Positions 17,994 through 28,970 are shown, numbered from the stretch's first letter. The stretch: 64,000 nucleotides of DNA from a virus (IMGVR_UViG_3300028888_000006:34614-98613), one strand, 5' to 3'. Translations and numbers: made by a program. The notes: a model not told the origin generated them from the letters alone.

Positions 17994-20438
17994 CTATTTC
18001 TTTGTTCCTGTTCCTCTTGTCCGTGCGATTTGCTTCTGGGCTTCGATCTTCTTAAGCTCGATTTCCTTCTTATCTTTTCGCTCGTCATCCTTGGCTCGTA
18101 ACTCTCTGTCGAACTGTCTGATAGATTCAGCAAGTTTCTCTCTTTCGATATCAAGTTTTTCATGGACTAACTGTTCGTCGTTTTCCTCTGCATAAATACC
18201 AAGACGGAGATACTCTGCCTGGGAGTTGATTTCCGCGACACGGATCTTGGTCTCGTTGTCGCGCTGGTTGAGCGTATCCTTCTGCTGCATCTCGGCCATC
18301 TTCGCCTGCTGTTCAGCCTGGATCTTCTGCTGCTCGATCTGCATCTGCTGCTGCTGGGCTTCCTGCTGCTGCTGCTGAATATCCTTCTCGGATTTCTCCA
18401 GAATTCGCACTTTCTCCTGCATGGAAGTGGAAGAATACATGCGAAGAAGTGCAGAGAACCGCGCACCATTCTGTGCCATCGCCTGTGCAATTGTCTCAAT
18501 CTGGGATGACAGTTTTTGCGTATCCTGAGAGTTGTCAACCACGAGGCCATAATCGGACTCGCAGAACTCGTCGCCGTCTATCTCCATAATCTTACGGGAA
18601 TAGTCGGAAAGGATATACTGGAACTTCTTGCTTCTTCCACGGAGAGAAGCCTTCGCATATTCGATGAAGCACTCGATGACGCGTCTCTTGGTGTCGTCAT
18701 GCTTCTGGAAAAGCCAGTCTGTGATATAGGAGGACTGAAGGACGGCACGCTCGATGCCGCCAACCGTTTCTCGGTTATAAGTATTGCCCTCCCGCTGACG
18801 ATTGATGCCGACTAGATCGGACATGGAATCCTTAGTCCACTGGAGCAGTTCAATGTAATTCTGAATGGATTGACCCCAGTCGGCATCGATATATCCCTTG
18901 CTCGCATTGTTCAGACCACCGGCAAGTTTACCGGTAGCCGCGCCCTTGTTACCTTCGTTAAAGGAGTCCTTGATGAGAACCTTGTTGGACCGGGCAAAGT
19001 AAAGCCACTTCTCAACCTCCCAGTTCTTCGGTTTCATCGCAAGATCCATCTCGAGCAACTTGCCCCAGTTCGTGGCGATAAGGTCCACGAGTTTCGCATG
19101 GATGGCGTCGTACATATAATTGTACGGCTTCATCATGTCTATAAGGGAATACGGCTTGGACTCGTTGAGATTGTAGATAGTGCCGACGATACCGAAGTGG
19201 CATCTCGACGGATTGGAAATTGAATTGTGCTGTACAAGGCAAGGACGCATTCCGATATAGATATCCTCACCGATCTTCGTGCCTTCCCATGCTTCATTAA
19301 CCCAAAGCACCGTTGCCTCCTCTCCGGAATCCTTGTCAGGGATATAGGTCTCGGGATAGAAATCGAAGACTTCCTCGCCGGTTACGGGGTCGAAGGACTT
19401 GACCTTGTATATCTTTCTCTTGGATTTCCACCAGACATGGATGACGCGGACATTTCCGGCGACATCATACGGAAGAAGGTCGGAACCTATCGTTCCGCTC
19501 AGTTCCGGGAACGCATCGTAGACGAACTCGAGATTGTTACCCTCAACCCAGATACCGTTCTCGCCGGTGATTCTACCGACGAAAGGATATGCGTCATTGA
19601 TAGCGCCCTCGGCTGTAGTAGGAGATGCTCCACCGAATTCCGGAAGGTCATCAGAAAGTTTCTTGATATCGCTCGGGCTCAGCTCATCATAATAGAGCTC
19701 GACGATCTTTCCGCGAGAAATGTAGTCTTCGTATATAATGACATCCGCATCCTCGACACGATTGGAATAACCGCTGCCGAAGATGCGAAGTTTGATGGGG
19801 TTGAGCCGTTTCAGGAACGGTTCTCCACCCGCAATGCCGCACTGATATATCTCACTGCCAAGACAAGCGTCAACAAAACCATCATTAAAAGTCTGTTTGA
19901 AATTGAGTTCCTTCGAATAATGATGGATGAGTTCGTTCGCACGAATCTCACGCAGGTCCTGCCAGTTATAATCATAGTATTCCTGGCCTTCCTGAATCTG
20001 CTTCTGAGCCTGCTGATCATCGATGGACTGATCCTCGACGATACCCTGCACCATCTGGAAAAACTCCTGCTTCTTGTCTTCCTCTATCTGAGAGATGGAA
20101 TAAGGGTTGGTGACGATGACATGCCAGTCGAAAACGCGTGCGGCTTCCTCACCACGGAGCGTGTTTATCTTGGAGTTGATGATTGGATAATGCTGAATCT
20201 TGTCAGGAATGAACGCTGAGGCGATATTCCCAGGATTCAGCACTGCGGCTATGTCTTCCATGTGAATGACGCCATTCAGAAAATCGTAGTTGATCTTCAT
20301 GCTGACGGCGCTCTTTCTCACCGGAGAGTAATTGAAATATGTCCTATTACATCCCCAGTCCACATTCTTCTTTCTCCAGGAATCGTTCTTCGCCCTGAAG
20401 GATAGCTTCTGGTTGGGGAATGTTGCTCCTAAATCCAT
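17994..20438 (-). CDS. Portal protein
   Basis: 814 aa; IQHYPIINSK, WVNEAWEGTKIG, ETVGGIERA; Q-rich coiled-coil tail. Confidence 0.9.
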   Translation of the reverse strand: MDLGATFPNQKLSFRAKNDSWRKKNVDWGCNRTYFNYSPVRKSAVSMKINYDFLNGVIHMEDIAAVLNPGNIASAFIPDKIQHYPIINSKINTLRGEEAARVFDWHVIVTNPYSISQIEEDKKQEFFQMVQGIVEDQSIDDQQAQKQIQEGQEYYDYNWQDLREIRANELIHHYSKELNFKQTFNDGFVDACLGSEIYQCGIAGGEPFLKRLNPIKLRIFGSGYSNRVEDADVIIYEDYISRGKIVELYYDELSPSDIKKLSDDLPEFGGASPTTAEGAINDAYPFVGRITGENGIWVEGNNLEFVYDAFPELSGTIGSDLLPYDVAGNVRVIHVWWKSKRKIYKVKSFDPVTGEEVFDFYPETYIPDKDSGEEATVLWVNEAWEGTKIGEDIYIGMRPCLVQHNSISNPSRCHFGIVGTIYNLNESKPYSLIDMMKPYNYMYDAIHAKLVDLIATNWGKLLEMDLAMKPKNWEVEKWLYFARSNKVLIKDSFNEGNKGAATGKLAGGLNNASKGYIDADWGQSIQNYIELLQWTKDSMSDLVGINRQREGNTYNRETVGGIERAVLQSSYITDWLFQKHDDTKRRVIECFIEYAKASLRGRSKKFQYILSDYSRKIMEIDGDEFCESDYGLVVDNSQDTQKLSSQIETIAQAMAQNGARFSALLRMYSSTSMQEKVRILEKSEKDIQQQQQEAQQQQMQIEQQKIQAEQQAKMAEMQQKDTLNQRDNETKIRVAEINSQAEYLRLGIYAEENDEQLVHEKLDIEREKLAESIRQFDRELRAKDDERKDKKEIELKKIEAQKQIARTRGTGTKK

Positions 20439-20507
20439 AAATCTGCACAGTTTACATGGCGAATTTATTCTTTAATCCACCACGAACTACACAGATAAAT
20501 GAAACGC

Positions 20508-22757
20508 TTACAGGTCGAAAGCTGATTTATATTGCGGGCCCAACTTCTCAAGATGCCGCTTCCAGTCCTTGTCGAAGAAATCATCATCTGACACTTCGTC
20601 ACCGGTGGATTCGTTTGCGCTCGGGGAGCCGCCATACAACACAATGAAATGTTCTCTGTAAAGCATTACCTGCGCGAGAGCTGAAACACGGTCCGTATTG
20701 ACTTCCGGAGCATATGAAATCAACTCCTGGAGCAATGCGCGATTACGAAGGCGATACAACTGAGGGACCTCCTCCTGATGGACTTCGCCGCGTTCATCCT
20801 TCACGTCGACAGTGTAAGTCTTGTTCAGCCAGTCTTTGATGAGTCCATTTGCAAAGAAGTTGACACCAGCGTTGACGGTGACACCTTTAATGGCAGAGCC
20901 GAACATCGAATACTTCACGAGTTGCCTTTCGCGAAGATAATCAGGACAGTCTGCAAGCATCCAAGTGCATCTCTTCGTTGCAAAATACGAGAACAAGCCC
21001 TTCTTATTTGACTCGTACAGACAAGTAGCATTGTAGAATATGCATAACAGTCTTACTATCTCGTAATTGTCATTGGCGAAAGGCTTTCGTCCAGTATATT
21101 CCGCAACTATAGAGTCCGTGAACAAGTCAAAGACGAAGCACGAGAACAACGAAGATGATTCAGCCTGATCATTATCAACCGGGTCAACTCCTATGATATA
21201 CCGATGTGTCGGAATTGTTCCAGAACACGGCATCTCGAATATTTCAAGGGCTCCCTGCTCGGTATTGTCTACGGGCCATTTCCTGATGGGAACATCATCT
21301 GTCGCCCGGAACTGGACATTCCCACCAACATCCACAAGCGTTCCGACATATACATCATCATAAGCACGCGGATCCATATCCAATTGACGGATACGCTCAT
21401 TCAACATTACGACAGGGAAGAAGTTAGACTTGACCTTCAGGATTGCTTCCGCAGGTGTGATAGGCATCTGGGCGATACGGGAAAGAAGCGAAGCAGCATC
21501 GCCACCCTGCTTGACCATGTACCGCTCCATCAGTATCTCCATCAATGCAGCAACGACATCAGAATTCCCGTCCTTATCCATGCATCCGGCGCGGGAGATA
21601 TATGACGGGAAGAAATAGGCGAACTTACTCGAGCCTTTACCTGCTTTGTCGAATACATTCTCCAGAGCATACACCTCATATGCTTCAGGATTGTACAGCA
21701 TCGTCTTGATGCCGGAGAAGTCAGACTCCTTATCACCGGCTGTACCGACAGCAATTAACTGGGCGAACACATTCGAGCCTTCCTTCACGGAGTCTCGCAC
21801 ATTATCCCAGACCTCCTTGAAGTTCTTATACGAACCCATCTCCTCGAAGTAGATGAAGCCTCGCTTGCCTCGAACTTTACCTTCATCATCCTTCACGGAT
21901 ACAGCCATTACCGAATTTAGGGAGCCCTTGATGTTGCCGTTGCTATTCTTATAGCCCATGATCCAGGTCATCTCCGCCTGCGAACGCTTTACCATCAGCC
22001 TTGGAAACTCTGTATTTGCGGCGCAGAAGTCAACCATCGGAGTGAACTTGGATAGCGTTCCGTCCTTCTCGGCGAGATATTCGCGGAGATACGCAGTAAG
22101 AATAGTTGTGACACGCCGCTTATTCTCGCTGTTCTCGCCAAGGAGAAGGTTATGATTCATGTCGCTGGCTATCGTGAAAGACTTGGCACAACCTCGACGA
22201 GCCAGTTCCATACAATGCAAGCCAAGCATACGCGCCTGCTCGCGATAGTGATAACGATAGTAAATGCCTTCCCAGAAGTCAGGGAAATCCTCAACACGGA
22301 GATAGATTCCAGATGTCTCAGACTTTCTATTCAACATGATCGGAGAATAGTTCAAGAAGAAATACAGTCTACCAGGAATCCATTCTCCGTCAGATTCACG
22401 GACATATCCGTCGCGACAACGTTTTACTTCTTCAGTAAACCACTTACCATACTCGCTATTAGGATTTGAATTCGGCTTGAGAAAAGTGTAACATCCATTC
22501 TCCTGATAGAACTTCGCAGCAGGACGGAAATAATCCATATCCTCCAGGATATGCGGATGCGTGATGTCAACAATGATTCTGCCTTTGTCGTCCCTTGGTA
22601 AATCCTTTGCTCTTGGTCTTTCACCAATCATCCACTTCAAGAGTGGCACAGTATCAATAAAGTCCAAGAATTGCTCCTGGACCTCATCTGGAAAGGTTTC
22701 AAGCCACTCAGAAGTAATCGGGGTTTGAAACTTATTCGTTGGAATTATGATACTCAT
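20508..22757 (-). CDS. terL: Terminase large subunit
   Basis: ARRGCAKS Walker A, FEEMG Walker B, IGVDP nuclease motif, NTDRVSAL. Confidence 0.92.
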   Translation of the reverse strand: MSIIIPTNKFQTPITSEWLETFPDEVQEQFLDFIDTVPLLKWMIGERPRAKDLPRDDKGRIIVDITHPHILEDMDYFRPAAKFYQENGCYTFLKPNSNPNSEYGKWFTEEVKRCRDGYVRESDGEWIPGRLYFFLNYSPIMLNRKSETSGIYLRVEDFPDFWEGIYYRYHYREQARMLGLHCMELARRGCAKSFTIASDMNHNLLLGENSENKRRVTTILTAYLREYLAEKDGTLSKFTPMVDFCAANTEFPRLMVKRSQAEMTWIMGYKNSNGNIKGSLNSVMAVSVKDDEGKVRGKRGFIYFEEMGSYKNFKEVWDNVRDSVKEGSNVFAQLIAVGTAGDKESDFSGIKTMLYNPEAYEVYALENVFDKAGKGSSKFAYFFPSYISRAGCMDKDGNSDVVAALMEILMERYMVKQGGDAASLLSRIAQMPITPAEAILKVKSNFFPVVMLNERIRQLDMDPRAYDDVYVGTLVDVGGNVQFRATDDVPIRKWPVDNTEQGALEIFEMPCSGTIPTHRYIIGVDPVDNDQAESSSLFSCFVFDLFTDSIVAEYTGRKPFANDNYEIVRLLCIFYNATCLYESNKKGLFSYFATKRCTWMLADCPDYLRERQLVKYSMFGSAIKGVTVNAGVNFFANGLIKDWLNKTYTVDVKDERGEVHQEEVPQLYRLRNRALLQELISYAPEVNTDRVSALAQVMLYREHFIVLYGGSPSANESTGDEVSDDDFFDKDWKRHLEKLGPQYKSAFDL

Positions 22758-23188
22758 AGTCCAGTGCTACCAAATCCTCCACTACCTCTGCCGGTTTCAT
22801 CAAGATCATCAACCTCCACCCATTCAACTCTCTCGTATTTGGAAACAACAAGTTGTGCTATCCTATCTCCATTATTTATTGTAAATGGTTCTGTAGAAAG
22901 ATTAACAAGTATAACTCCAATATTACCACGGTAATCGGCATCAATAGTTCCAGGCGTATTCAAAACAGTAATACCGTGTTTTGCGGCGAGTCCGCTTCTC
23001 GGTCTTACTTGTGCTTCGAAACCACGAGGAAGAGCAATCGACAAATCAGTCATCACGACTTTTCTCTCAAGACTCCGAAGCGTTACCGGCTCATCTAAAA
23101 CAGCACGCAAATCCATTCCGGCAGATTGCTCTGTGGCATATTGAGGAGCCGCTGCGTCAGGATATAGTTTCTTATATTTAATTGTCAT
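22754..23188 (-). CDS. dut: dUTPase (trimeric)
   Basis: [39 protein letters not shown]. Confidence 0.97.
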   Translation of the reverse strand: MTIKYKKLYPDAAAPQYATEQSAGMDLRAVLDEPVTLRSLERKVVMTDLSIALPRGFEAQVRPRSGLAAKHGITVLNTPGTIDADYRGNIGVILVNLSTEPFTINNGDRIAQLVVSKYERVEWVEVDDLDETGRGSGGFGSTGL

Positions 23189-23205
23189 ATAATCAATAAG
23201 TTAGG

Positions 23206-23727
23206 TTACACGTCCTCGCCAACAGCCTTACTCGAATTTCCTCTTGCTTTGTCATCTGTTTCGAAATCCTTTGCCAGCGACTTCTCTGCTTCAACAAGCG
23301 CCTTCGACAATTCCGGAATCTGCTTAAGCGCATTAGTCATTGCGGCAACGGTCTTGTCAGAAAACGTTGTTTCGCCGAGGAACGTGCTCAACTTGTCAAT
23401 TCCCTTTCTCATCCCTTCGAGAAGAATGGCCGCAGAGGTTATAGTCTGTTTGCGATAAATTGTCATAGCGTCACGAAGAAGTTCCGGCGGATTCCAGTCT
23501 TCGCCGAGACCTTCCTGCATCTTTATTTCTTTCGCCCGTTCTTCTTCATTAACGAGATACATGTACGAACTTCTCGGATCGCACATGAACCAGAGATATG
23601 ATATCTGCTTCCAGAACTCCTCCTTCTTCTTGGATTTGTCTTTCTGGAACAGCTCGCGAATTGGCCTGACGAGAAGAGCCTCGTCAGCAATCTTGAATTC
23701 CATTCCGTCAAATTCAATCAGTTTCAT
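23206..23727 (-). CDS. Conserved protein upstream of terminase (possible small subunit)
   Basis: DPRSSY motif, helical; synteny. Confidence 0.5.
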   Translation of the reverse strand: MKLIEFDGMEFKIADEALLVRPIRELFQKDKSKKKEEFWKQISYLWFMCDPRSSYMYLVNEEERAKEIKMQEGLGEDWNPPELLRDAMTIYRKQTITSAAILLEGMRKGIDKLSTFLGETTFSDKTVAAMTNALKQIPELSKALVEAEKSLAKDFETDDKARGNSSKAVGEDV

Positions 23728-23896
23728 ACAGGTCTTTCATTATTTCGCGGTTAAGAATATCCATAGCAATAACGCTGTGGTTTCTCAGTATTTCCCGGTC
23801 AATTTCAGGCATATTACGATAAAAGACAAAGCAAAGCGAATATGCGGCATATATATCGCCAGTCATTGCGAATCTAAGGCAATCAATAAGTTTCAT
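23714..23896 (-). CDS. Hypothetical protein
   Basis: Member of an overlapping chain of small ORFs. Confidence 0.45.
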   Translation of the reverse strand: MKLIDCLRFAMTGDIYAAYSLCFVFYRNMPEIDREILRNHSVIAMDILNREIMKDLYETD

Positions 23897-24074
23897 GTAA
23901 TTGCTTTCTTATAGCTTCGTAAAACATCGACAAAAGTCTTTCTCCGCCTATGACTCCTGGAGCAATCTCCCACAATCCCTCTCCAATCTTCCTTGGGTAA
24001 GGATTGGCAGAAAAAACTTGTTTCGCTGCTTCCTCTATCTGTTCGAGAGACAAAGGTTTATATCTTTCCTTCAT
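23883..24074 (-). CDS. Hypothetical protein
   Basis: Member of an overlapping chain of small ORFs. Confidence 0.5.
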   Translation of the reverse strand: MKERYKPLSLEQIEEAAKQVFSANPYPRKIGEGLWEIAPGVIGGERLLSMFYEAIRKQLHETY

Positions 24075-24222
24075 TTTGCTTGTAGGTTTCCATTAATTCC
24101 TGTGCGAACAGAGAACATTCACGAGACACTTCGGTGAGCAAATCTACTGGAATTTTCTCCTTGTACTCGATTATCTTATCCCATATTCTGAAAATATGAG
24201 CCGCCGCCTCGCTATACTTCAT
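24058..24222 (-). CDS. Hypothetical 54-aa protein (MKYSEAAAHIF...)
   Basis: Hand-translated; overlaps both neighbours and fills the gap. Confidence 0.5.
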   Translation of the reverse strand: MKYSEAAAHIFRIWDKIIEYKEKIPVDLLTEVSRECSLFAQELMETYKQNEGKI

Positions 24223-24455
24223 CGCTCATTCTTGTTATATTTCCCCTCTCGCTTATCATAACAATCCTTCTTTGCGGATGTCGAAGATTTCATCGGAGAA
24301 GAAGAAGAAACGGAAATCGGCGTAAGGCAAAAAGTTCTCGACGGTTCGACGACAACAGCGCCATAAGAAGAAGCAGAAATAATCTTCCTTAAATTGACAA
24401 CTTCATTGGAAAGCCGAATGTTATCGCTAATAAGGTCATCAATCCTATTCTCCAT
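24219..24455 (-). CDS. Hypothetical protein
   Basis: Likely start MENRIDD right after the GroES-like stop. Confidence 0.45.
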   Translation of the reverse strand: MENRIDDLISDNIRLSNEVVNLRKIISASSYGAVVVEPSRTFCLTPISVSSSSPMKSSTSAKKDCYDKREGKYNKNER

Positions 24456-24456
24456 T

Positions 24457-24861
24457 TCACTGAAGGAGTCCCCCGTCTGCCCCGTCAAATTCTTCCACGA
24501 CATATTCTATATCTCTGTCCTGAATGAACAAATACTCTACATCATTGATTACGATGAGAGGAATCTCGTAAGTGATACTAAGATTGTCTGACTGTATATT
24601 TTCAGCCTCATCTATTGCTCCGGGAATATGTTTCGCCTTTGCGTAACGGGAGAAGTTAATCTTTACTACATCCCCTTCCTTGATATCTCGGACTGTCCCG
24701 CCGACAGCGTATACCCTTTGGAACGGATTCATCGAACCGTCAAGCTTTCGCGTATCAATGATAAGACTTCCCTTGGAGGCATACTGTTCACCTTTGTATC
24801 GAACTGCCGTAGTGATGACGCCCGTAAACAGAGGGCGAACTTTTTTAATGTTGAATGACAT
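24457..24861 (-). CDS. GroES-like co-chaperonin
   Basis: KVRPLF...VYAVG.TVRDIKEGDVV...YLFIQDRDI pattern. Confidence 0.7.
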   Translation of the reverse strand: MSFNIKKVRPLFTGVITTAVRYKGEQYASKGSLIIDTRKLDGSMNPFQRVYAVGGTVRDIKEGDVVKINFSRYAKAKHIPGAIDEAENIQSDNLSITYEIPLIVINDVEYLFIQDRDIEYVVEEFDGADGGLLQ

Positions 24862-24986
24862 AGTTAAATTTTTAATAAAGTGCCGGTGCGGAACAAATAA
24901 GTACTACATGTATGGAACCCTATCGTGATTTCTGAACCGACGACCGCTTCGGTAATTCACATCAGCGTTTTTCCGGCACTATGGTT

Positions 24987-25448
24987 TTACTTTTTTGGAA
25001 TGACCTGTCGGGCTGATTTCTTTCCATCCTGCCCGACAAGCCAGACTCTTTCATACATTTCATTTCCTCGTTTCTTCTCGAGAGGAGGAGGAGTCTCACC
25101 GGAGAGAATCGCAGCAGCCGTGGATTCGATGTCACTCTGTGTCCTTCTGCTCCGGTAAGAACTCCTGGGAGCCATTTCGATTTGCTGCGACTCGTTGGCT
25201 CTCCACTTGAGATAGTTACTGTAAACCGGTCCAATCCTTCCAATGAATGGAATGTGCCTCACCTTGACATATTCTTCGAACTTGTCCTTCGAGAATATCT
25301 TCCTCGGATTATCGAAGGGAAGAGACCTCGCATCGGCAAAAACAACCTCAAAAAAGGATGCGAGGATTCTCTTCACTTCTTCCTCAGATACATCATGGCG
25401 TGAGGATATCTTCCTGTATCTCTCGTATTCCTTACGGTTCCTACCCAT
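24987..25448 (-). CDS. Basic HU/IHF-like protein
   Basis: YRKISSRHDVSEEEVKRIL..FF; HIPFIGRI. Confidence 0.45.
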   Translation of the reverse strand: MGRNRKEYERYRKISSRHDVSEEEVKRILASFFEVVFADARSLPFDNPRKIFSKDKFEEYVKVRHIPFIGRIGPVYSNYLKWRANESQQIEMAPRSSYRSRRTQSDIESTAAAILSGETPPPLEKKRGNEMYERVWLVGQDGKKSARQVIPKK

Positions 25449-25836
25449 TGTTTATGGGATTGGACTTGGACGACCAGTCAAAAACGATGCACAACATGAA
25501 CCTCGGGTCTTCCGTCATGTGCGGGATATAAACGCTGTTAATATGCCCGTCGACCAGAAATTCGGAAGAACGCAGTTTTCCGAGAATCATCTGGAAATGA
25601 GCCTGAGACATACCAAGCGATTCGCGCATGTCCTTTCTCGAGTTCTGCGACCAAAGCACTTCGCGAAGAACTTCCGGATCCGGAATGCTTTCCTTCAGCT
25701 TGAAATACTGGATTAGTATCCGAGCCGCAACATCCTTCTCCCGTGAAGACAGTTTCAGCGATGGAAAGAACTCAAGAAGCGCACGAAAGAACGAGGTTTC
25801 TGTGCATTTCTGCGCTATGAAGTTATTCGGCTTCAT
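25441..25836 (-). CDS. Putative winged-helix DNA-binding protein
   Basis: LSSREKDVAA...MRESLGMSQAHFQMILGKLR. Confidence 0.5.
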   Translation of the reverse strand: MKPNNFIAQKCTETSFFRALLEFFPSLKLSSREKDVAARILIQYFKLKESIPDPEVLREVLWSQNSRKDMRESLGMSQAHFQMILGKLRSSEFLVDGHINSVYIPHMTEDPRFMLCIVFDWSSKSNPINNG

Positions 25837-26134
25837 CGGGTTTCTCCTCGGATTGCGCCTGGTTCATCGCCTTGTCAAAGGAATACAGAGCGTCTTCGAT
25901 GTGCTTGCTGGTCCACTCGACGAACTTGTCGTTGTACATCTCGGGATGCTCCATCACCTTGAACAACATGCTCAAGAAGAACGAAGTGTAATCGAAATCG
26001 CGATTGTTCAGTGCCTCCATCGCCTTCTGATATTCAGCGACGAGCTTCTGATACTGGAGATGCAGTTCGCCGAATCTCTTGGCGAGTTCATCATAGGACA
26101 ATTTAGGCTGTCCGGGTTTTTTCTTTTCTTCCAT
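25823..26134 (-). CDS. Hypothetical coiled-coil protein
   Basis: KLSYDEL...LFKV pattern. Confidence 0.6.
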   Translation of the reverse strand: MEEKKKPGQPKLSYDELAKRFGELHLQYQKLVAEYQKAMEALNNRDFDYTSFFLSMLFKVMEHPEMYNDKFVEWTSKHIEDALYSFDKAMNQAQSEEKPDEAE

Positions 26135-26158
26135 AGTCTTACTCTTTAGAATGATATG

Positions 26159-26557
26159 TTATTTTCTTTTCTTAAGTCTTCGTTTCAGTTTCATGGCTCC
26201 ACTTCCTCTGGAGAGGGCCCAGTCAAACCATCGTTCGAATTCTTCATCTGGAACGGATTTGTAGTCGAAGAGACCGAAGACACGAAGATACGAGATCCCA
26301 ATCCTGCCCGCCATTCTGTACAAAACCGTTCCATATCTTCTGAATTCATCTTCCGGATCTCCAATTCGTCTGGTAAAATCGAAGCCGAATCCGTGAATTC
26401 TTTCTTCTCGTTGTCCGAGACGGTTGAGGCGCAGAAAGGCTTGGCGTCCGATGGAAGCGTGGTAGTCATTTCTAAATCGGCAATATGCTTCATCTGCATC
26501 CAGGCATCGAATTCGTCCGTAGAAGATTTGTCCATCTCGCCTTACAATTTGTTCCAT
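26159..26557 (-). CDS. Hypothetical protein (alternative-frame ORF 26191..26535 also plausible)
   Basis: Two overlapping same-strand ORFs. Confidence 0.45.
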   Translation of the reverse strand: MEQIVRRDGQIFYGRIRCLDADEAYCRFRNDYHASIGRQAFLRLNRLGQREERIHGFGFDFTRRIGDPEDEFRRYGTVLYRMAGRIGISYLRVFGLFDYKSVPDEEFERWFDWALSRGSGAMKLKRRLKKRK

Positions 26558-26757
26558 TCAATCTCCTTCCGCTTCTTTTCCCTTCGTTCCTCCTCGGCGA
26601 GCCACTCGTCCATCGTGCATATACCAATGTTCGTGGAACGGCATTTACCGCAGTAGGAGCCGTCCCATCCCTCAAATGCGAGCGAGTCGTCGACAACGAT
26701 GCAAAGGGAGTGGCAGCTCCTACAGTAATAAACAAGTCCTTCGTCGAGCTCCTGCAT
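26542..26757 (-). CDS. Zinc-ribbon protein
   Basis: YCRSCHSL...YCGKCRST. Confidence 0.7.
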   Translation of the reverse strand: MQELDEGLVYYCRSCHSLCIVVDDSLAFEGWDGSYCGKCRSTNIGICTMDEWLAEEERREKKRKEIEWNKL

Positions 26758-26759
26758 TT

Positions 26760-26903
26760 CTATTCCTCATCAAAGTATGACAACAGGTATGTGCCGTCAG
26801 GAGATGCGAATATGCTGACGATGTTCTCCTTTTTTATGCCGTGATCATTCACGAATTGATTGATTGTCCGCATATCGTTTGCGGCGAAAGTGAACATTTT
26901 CAT
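26760..26903 (-). CDS. Small conserved protein (MKMFTFAANDMRTINQFVN...)
   Basis: Hand-translated 47 aa, directly downstream of a promoter. Confidence 0.6.
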   Translation of the reverse strand: MKMFTFAANDMRTINQFVNDHGIKKENIVSIFASPDGTYLLSYFDEE

Positions 26904-26924
26904 AGAAAACTCATTTGGTTACGG

Positions 26925-26932
26925 CAAAGATA
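26925..26932 (-). promoter_or_regulatory. Bacteroidota-type -7 promoter element TATCTTTG
   Basis: Matches TAnnTTTG about 20 nt upstream of the ATG. Confidence 0.65.
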
Positions 26933-26995
26933 ATAAACCGTTTCGTAAAATGAAAACATTTTTGTTTCATTTGTTATAACAGAAATAGTTACACG

Positions 26996-27021
26996 AAAAA
27001 GGAGGACCGTTAAGTCCTCCT
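26996..27021 (-). terminator. Intrinsic terminator ending the 27-30 kb operon
   Basis: aggaggac/gtcctcct stem plus U tract on the minus strand. Confidence 0.8.
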
Positions 27022-27023
27022 GA

Positions 27024-27413
27024 TCATCTGCATCCGAGTTCGCAAATCACTTCCGCCAGTGCTTTTGCCGTATCTCCGGAGATATACGCTGGTCGCTCCG
27101 AATCCAACGGCACCCCGAGAGACTTCGCTATTGCATCCGCGAGATGCCTGACTTCGTGGACGAACGTCGATTGGAACTCCTCCCCTGAAGTGGTAGGGCC
27201 TATCAGGATAACCGCCCTTCTCCTTTCCTGATTGGTATAGGTGAAGCCACAGTTGTACTCGCAGGAAAGCATCAGGTCTTCCGCCTGTTCCATGATGCTG
27301 TTCGGAGCATAGGCATCGTACAAGCAGGCAAGGACGCCCTCGATATCATAGCGCTTTGTACAGAACAGGAAATCTACTGTCCAACGCCCAATCCCAATGA
27401 CACGGTGAATCAT
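27024..27413 (-). CDS. HExxH zinc-metallopeptidase-like protein
   Basis: FVHEVRHL...SERPAY. Confidence 0.6.
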   Translation of the reverse strand: MIHRVIGIGRWTVDFLFCTKRYDIEGVLACLYDAYAPNSIMEQAEDLMLSCEYNCGFTYTNQERRRAVILIGPTTSGEEFQSTFVHEVRHLADAIAKSLGVPLDSERPAYISGDTAKALAEVICELGCR

Positions 27414-27416
27414 CTT

Positions 27417-27818
27417 TTAGATCATATCTGACCAGACAATCGGAACGCCCTTGGCATTGCAGTCGGCGATAAACCTGTCGAAAGCAATTCCGGGATAGCC
27501 GTCACGATCGTCCAGCAGGTCCTTAACGTATATTGCGGCACGGGCTTCATCCGGGATGGAACTGCCCAAAAAGTCGGAGATGCACATATTGAAGACATAG
27601 ACTACGTCGTATCCGTTGTCGTTCTCCACGTTGACTCCGTGGACCCGCATAGCTGTCTCGACCTGTTCCTTGGCCCGCATCTTGACTTTGTTCCCGCTCA
27701 TATCTCGCATCTTGCTCACCGCCCATTCACACATCTTCTTGGAGAAATGATGGCCATATATGCTCAGGTACGCAGAGTATCCGTCAGGAAGCAAATCGTA
27801 ATAATCCATTCTTTCCAT
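27417..27818 (-). CDS. Conserved hypothetical protein
   Basis: YGHHFSKKMCEWAVSKM...YDVVYVFNM..SD...DDRDG. Confidence 0.7.
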   Translation of the reverse strand: MERMDYYDLLPDGYSAYLSIYGHHFSKKMCEWAVSKMRDMSGNKVKMRAKEQVETAMRVHGVNVENDNGYDVVYVFNMCISDFLGSSIPDEARAAIYVKDLLDDRDGYPGIAFDRFIADCNAKGVPIVWSDMI

Positions 27819-27859
27819 AGTAAGAACAATTAAGGGGCGAGTTTCCCCGCCCCGGTTGA

Positions 27860-28093
27860 TTAACGCATCCGACGCATGGAACCACGCTCTCGCATGCCGT
27901 CCTGTTCGTCGTATTCTTCGCGGCGAGACATTCCGCCACGCTCTGAGTACTCGTCCTCCATCTCCTCCGTGAGTTCACAGATGGTCTCGAAGGCTTTCAT
28001 CGCAGCTTTCAGGTGCTTCTTGCCCTCTTTCAGGGCGTCCTTGTAATCGTAGTAATCGTCGCCACCACGCTTAAGGATTCTAACATATCCCAT
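27860..28093 (-). CDS. Small charged protein
   Basis: E/R/G/M-rich tail. Confidence 0.65.
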   Translation of the reverse strand: MGYVRILKRGGDDYYDYKDALKEGKKHLKAAMKAFETICELTEEMEDEYSERGGMSRREEYDEQDGMRERGSMRRMR

Positions 28094-28096
28094 TTC

Positions 28097-28588
28097 TTAT
28101 TCCTCCTTTGGTTTGGTTCCAAGGATTGCGGAGAGCATCTGCCTCATCTCCACCACCTCGTTTCGAAGCGCGAACAGCTCCCTCGCCTGTTCCGCCTCCT
28201 TCTTCAGCTCCGGATTCAATTCCATCGACAGATGTTCGTAATCGGAATACAGTTTCTGTTTCACCGACACTTGATCCAAGTCCTGCTTCAATGCGGATTT
28301 TGCGGCATCAACCTCACGGATGACAGCGTTCTTATCCGTAGAGATGAACAGTCCTCGGTCCGGAAAATTGGCGACAACCCCATTAGCAGGAAGACCAGCG
28401 AAAGAAAGTGTTTCATCACCTATCTGAACTGAAAGGTCAGTGACAGGCCCATTCATTAGTGCCATCGGCTGCTGCGGGTTGTAAGTTGGCATGTGCGTAT
28501 TCACGGAGACGATGCGTCCATCCGCAACACGCGGAGTGTTCTTGAAGAGAATGGAGACAATGCTCCCCTGTGTCAATCCTTGAAACAT
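28097..28588 (-). CDS. Conserved hypothetical protein
   Basis: MFQGLTQG start; LNPE plus coiled coil. Confidence 0.7.
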   Translation of the reverse strand: MFQGLTQGSIVSILFKNTPRVADGRIVSVNTHMPTYNPQQPMALMNGPVTDLSVQIGDETLSFAGLPANGVVANFPDRGLFISTDKNAVIREVDAAKSALKQDLDQVSVKQKLYSDYEHLSMELNPELKKEAEQARELFALRNEVVEMRQMLSAILGTKPKEE

Positions 28589-28613
28589 AATTTCGATAAT
28601 TAATTGTTAATCT

Positions 28614-28958
28614 TTACGCCGTAGGAGCAAGAGGCGAGACAAGCTGGAAAATCCCGTTAAACCAGTCGTACCAGACTTCGATGACGCCGGCGCCGACCAG
28701 ATCAGCGGCAGTCACATTCGTACCACCGAAGAAAGTCAGGTTGCGCGTATTGCCATTGAGGGTAAAACGGATGGGAAGAGTTCCAGTAGTCCCTTCCGGA
28801 ATCGCGGATGCAATCCGGATAACCACCTCGCCCACCTTTGGAATCCTGCGGAATCCGAGTGCGAAGTCAACGGACTCCTCGCCTACCGTAATCCCGTTTG
28901 TGAAGAGATAGGGGACGCCGCTGACATTCGTCGTTACATTGACATTCATTCCAAACAT
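28614..28958 (-). CDS. Small beta-rich protein
   Basis: IPEGTTGTLPI...NVTAADLVGAGV. Confidence 0.7.
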   Translation of the reverse strand: MFGMNVNVTTNVSGVPYLFTNGITVGEESVDFALGFRRIPKVGEVVIRIASAIPEGTTGTLPIRFTLNGNTRNLTFFGGTNVTAADLVGAGVIEVWYDWFNGIFQLVSPLAPTA

Positions 28959-28970
28959 GGCTACAAGGAT

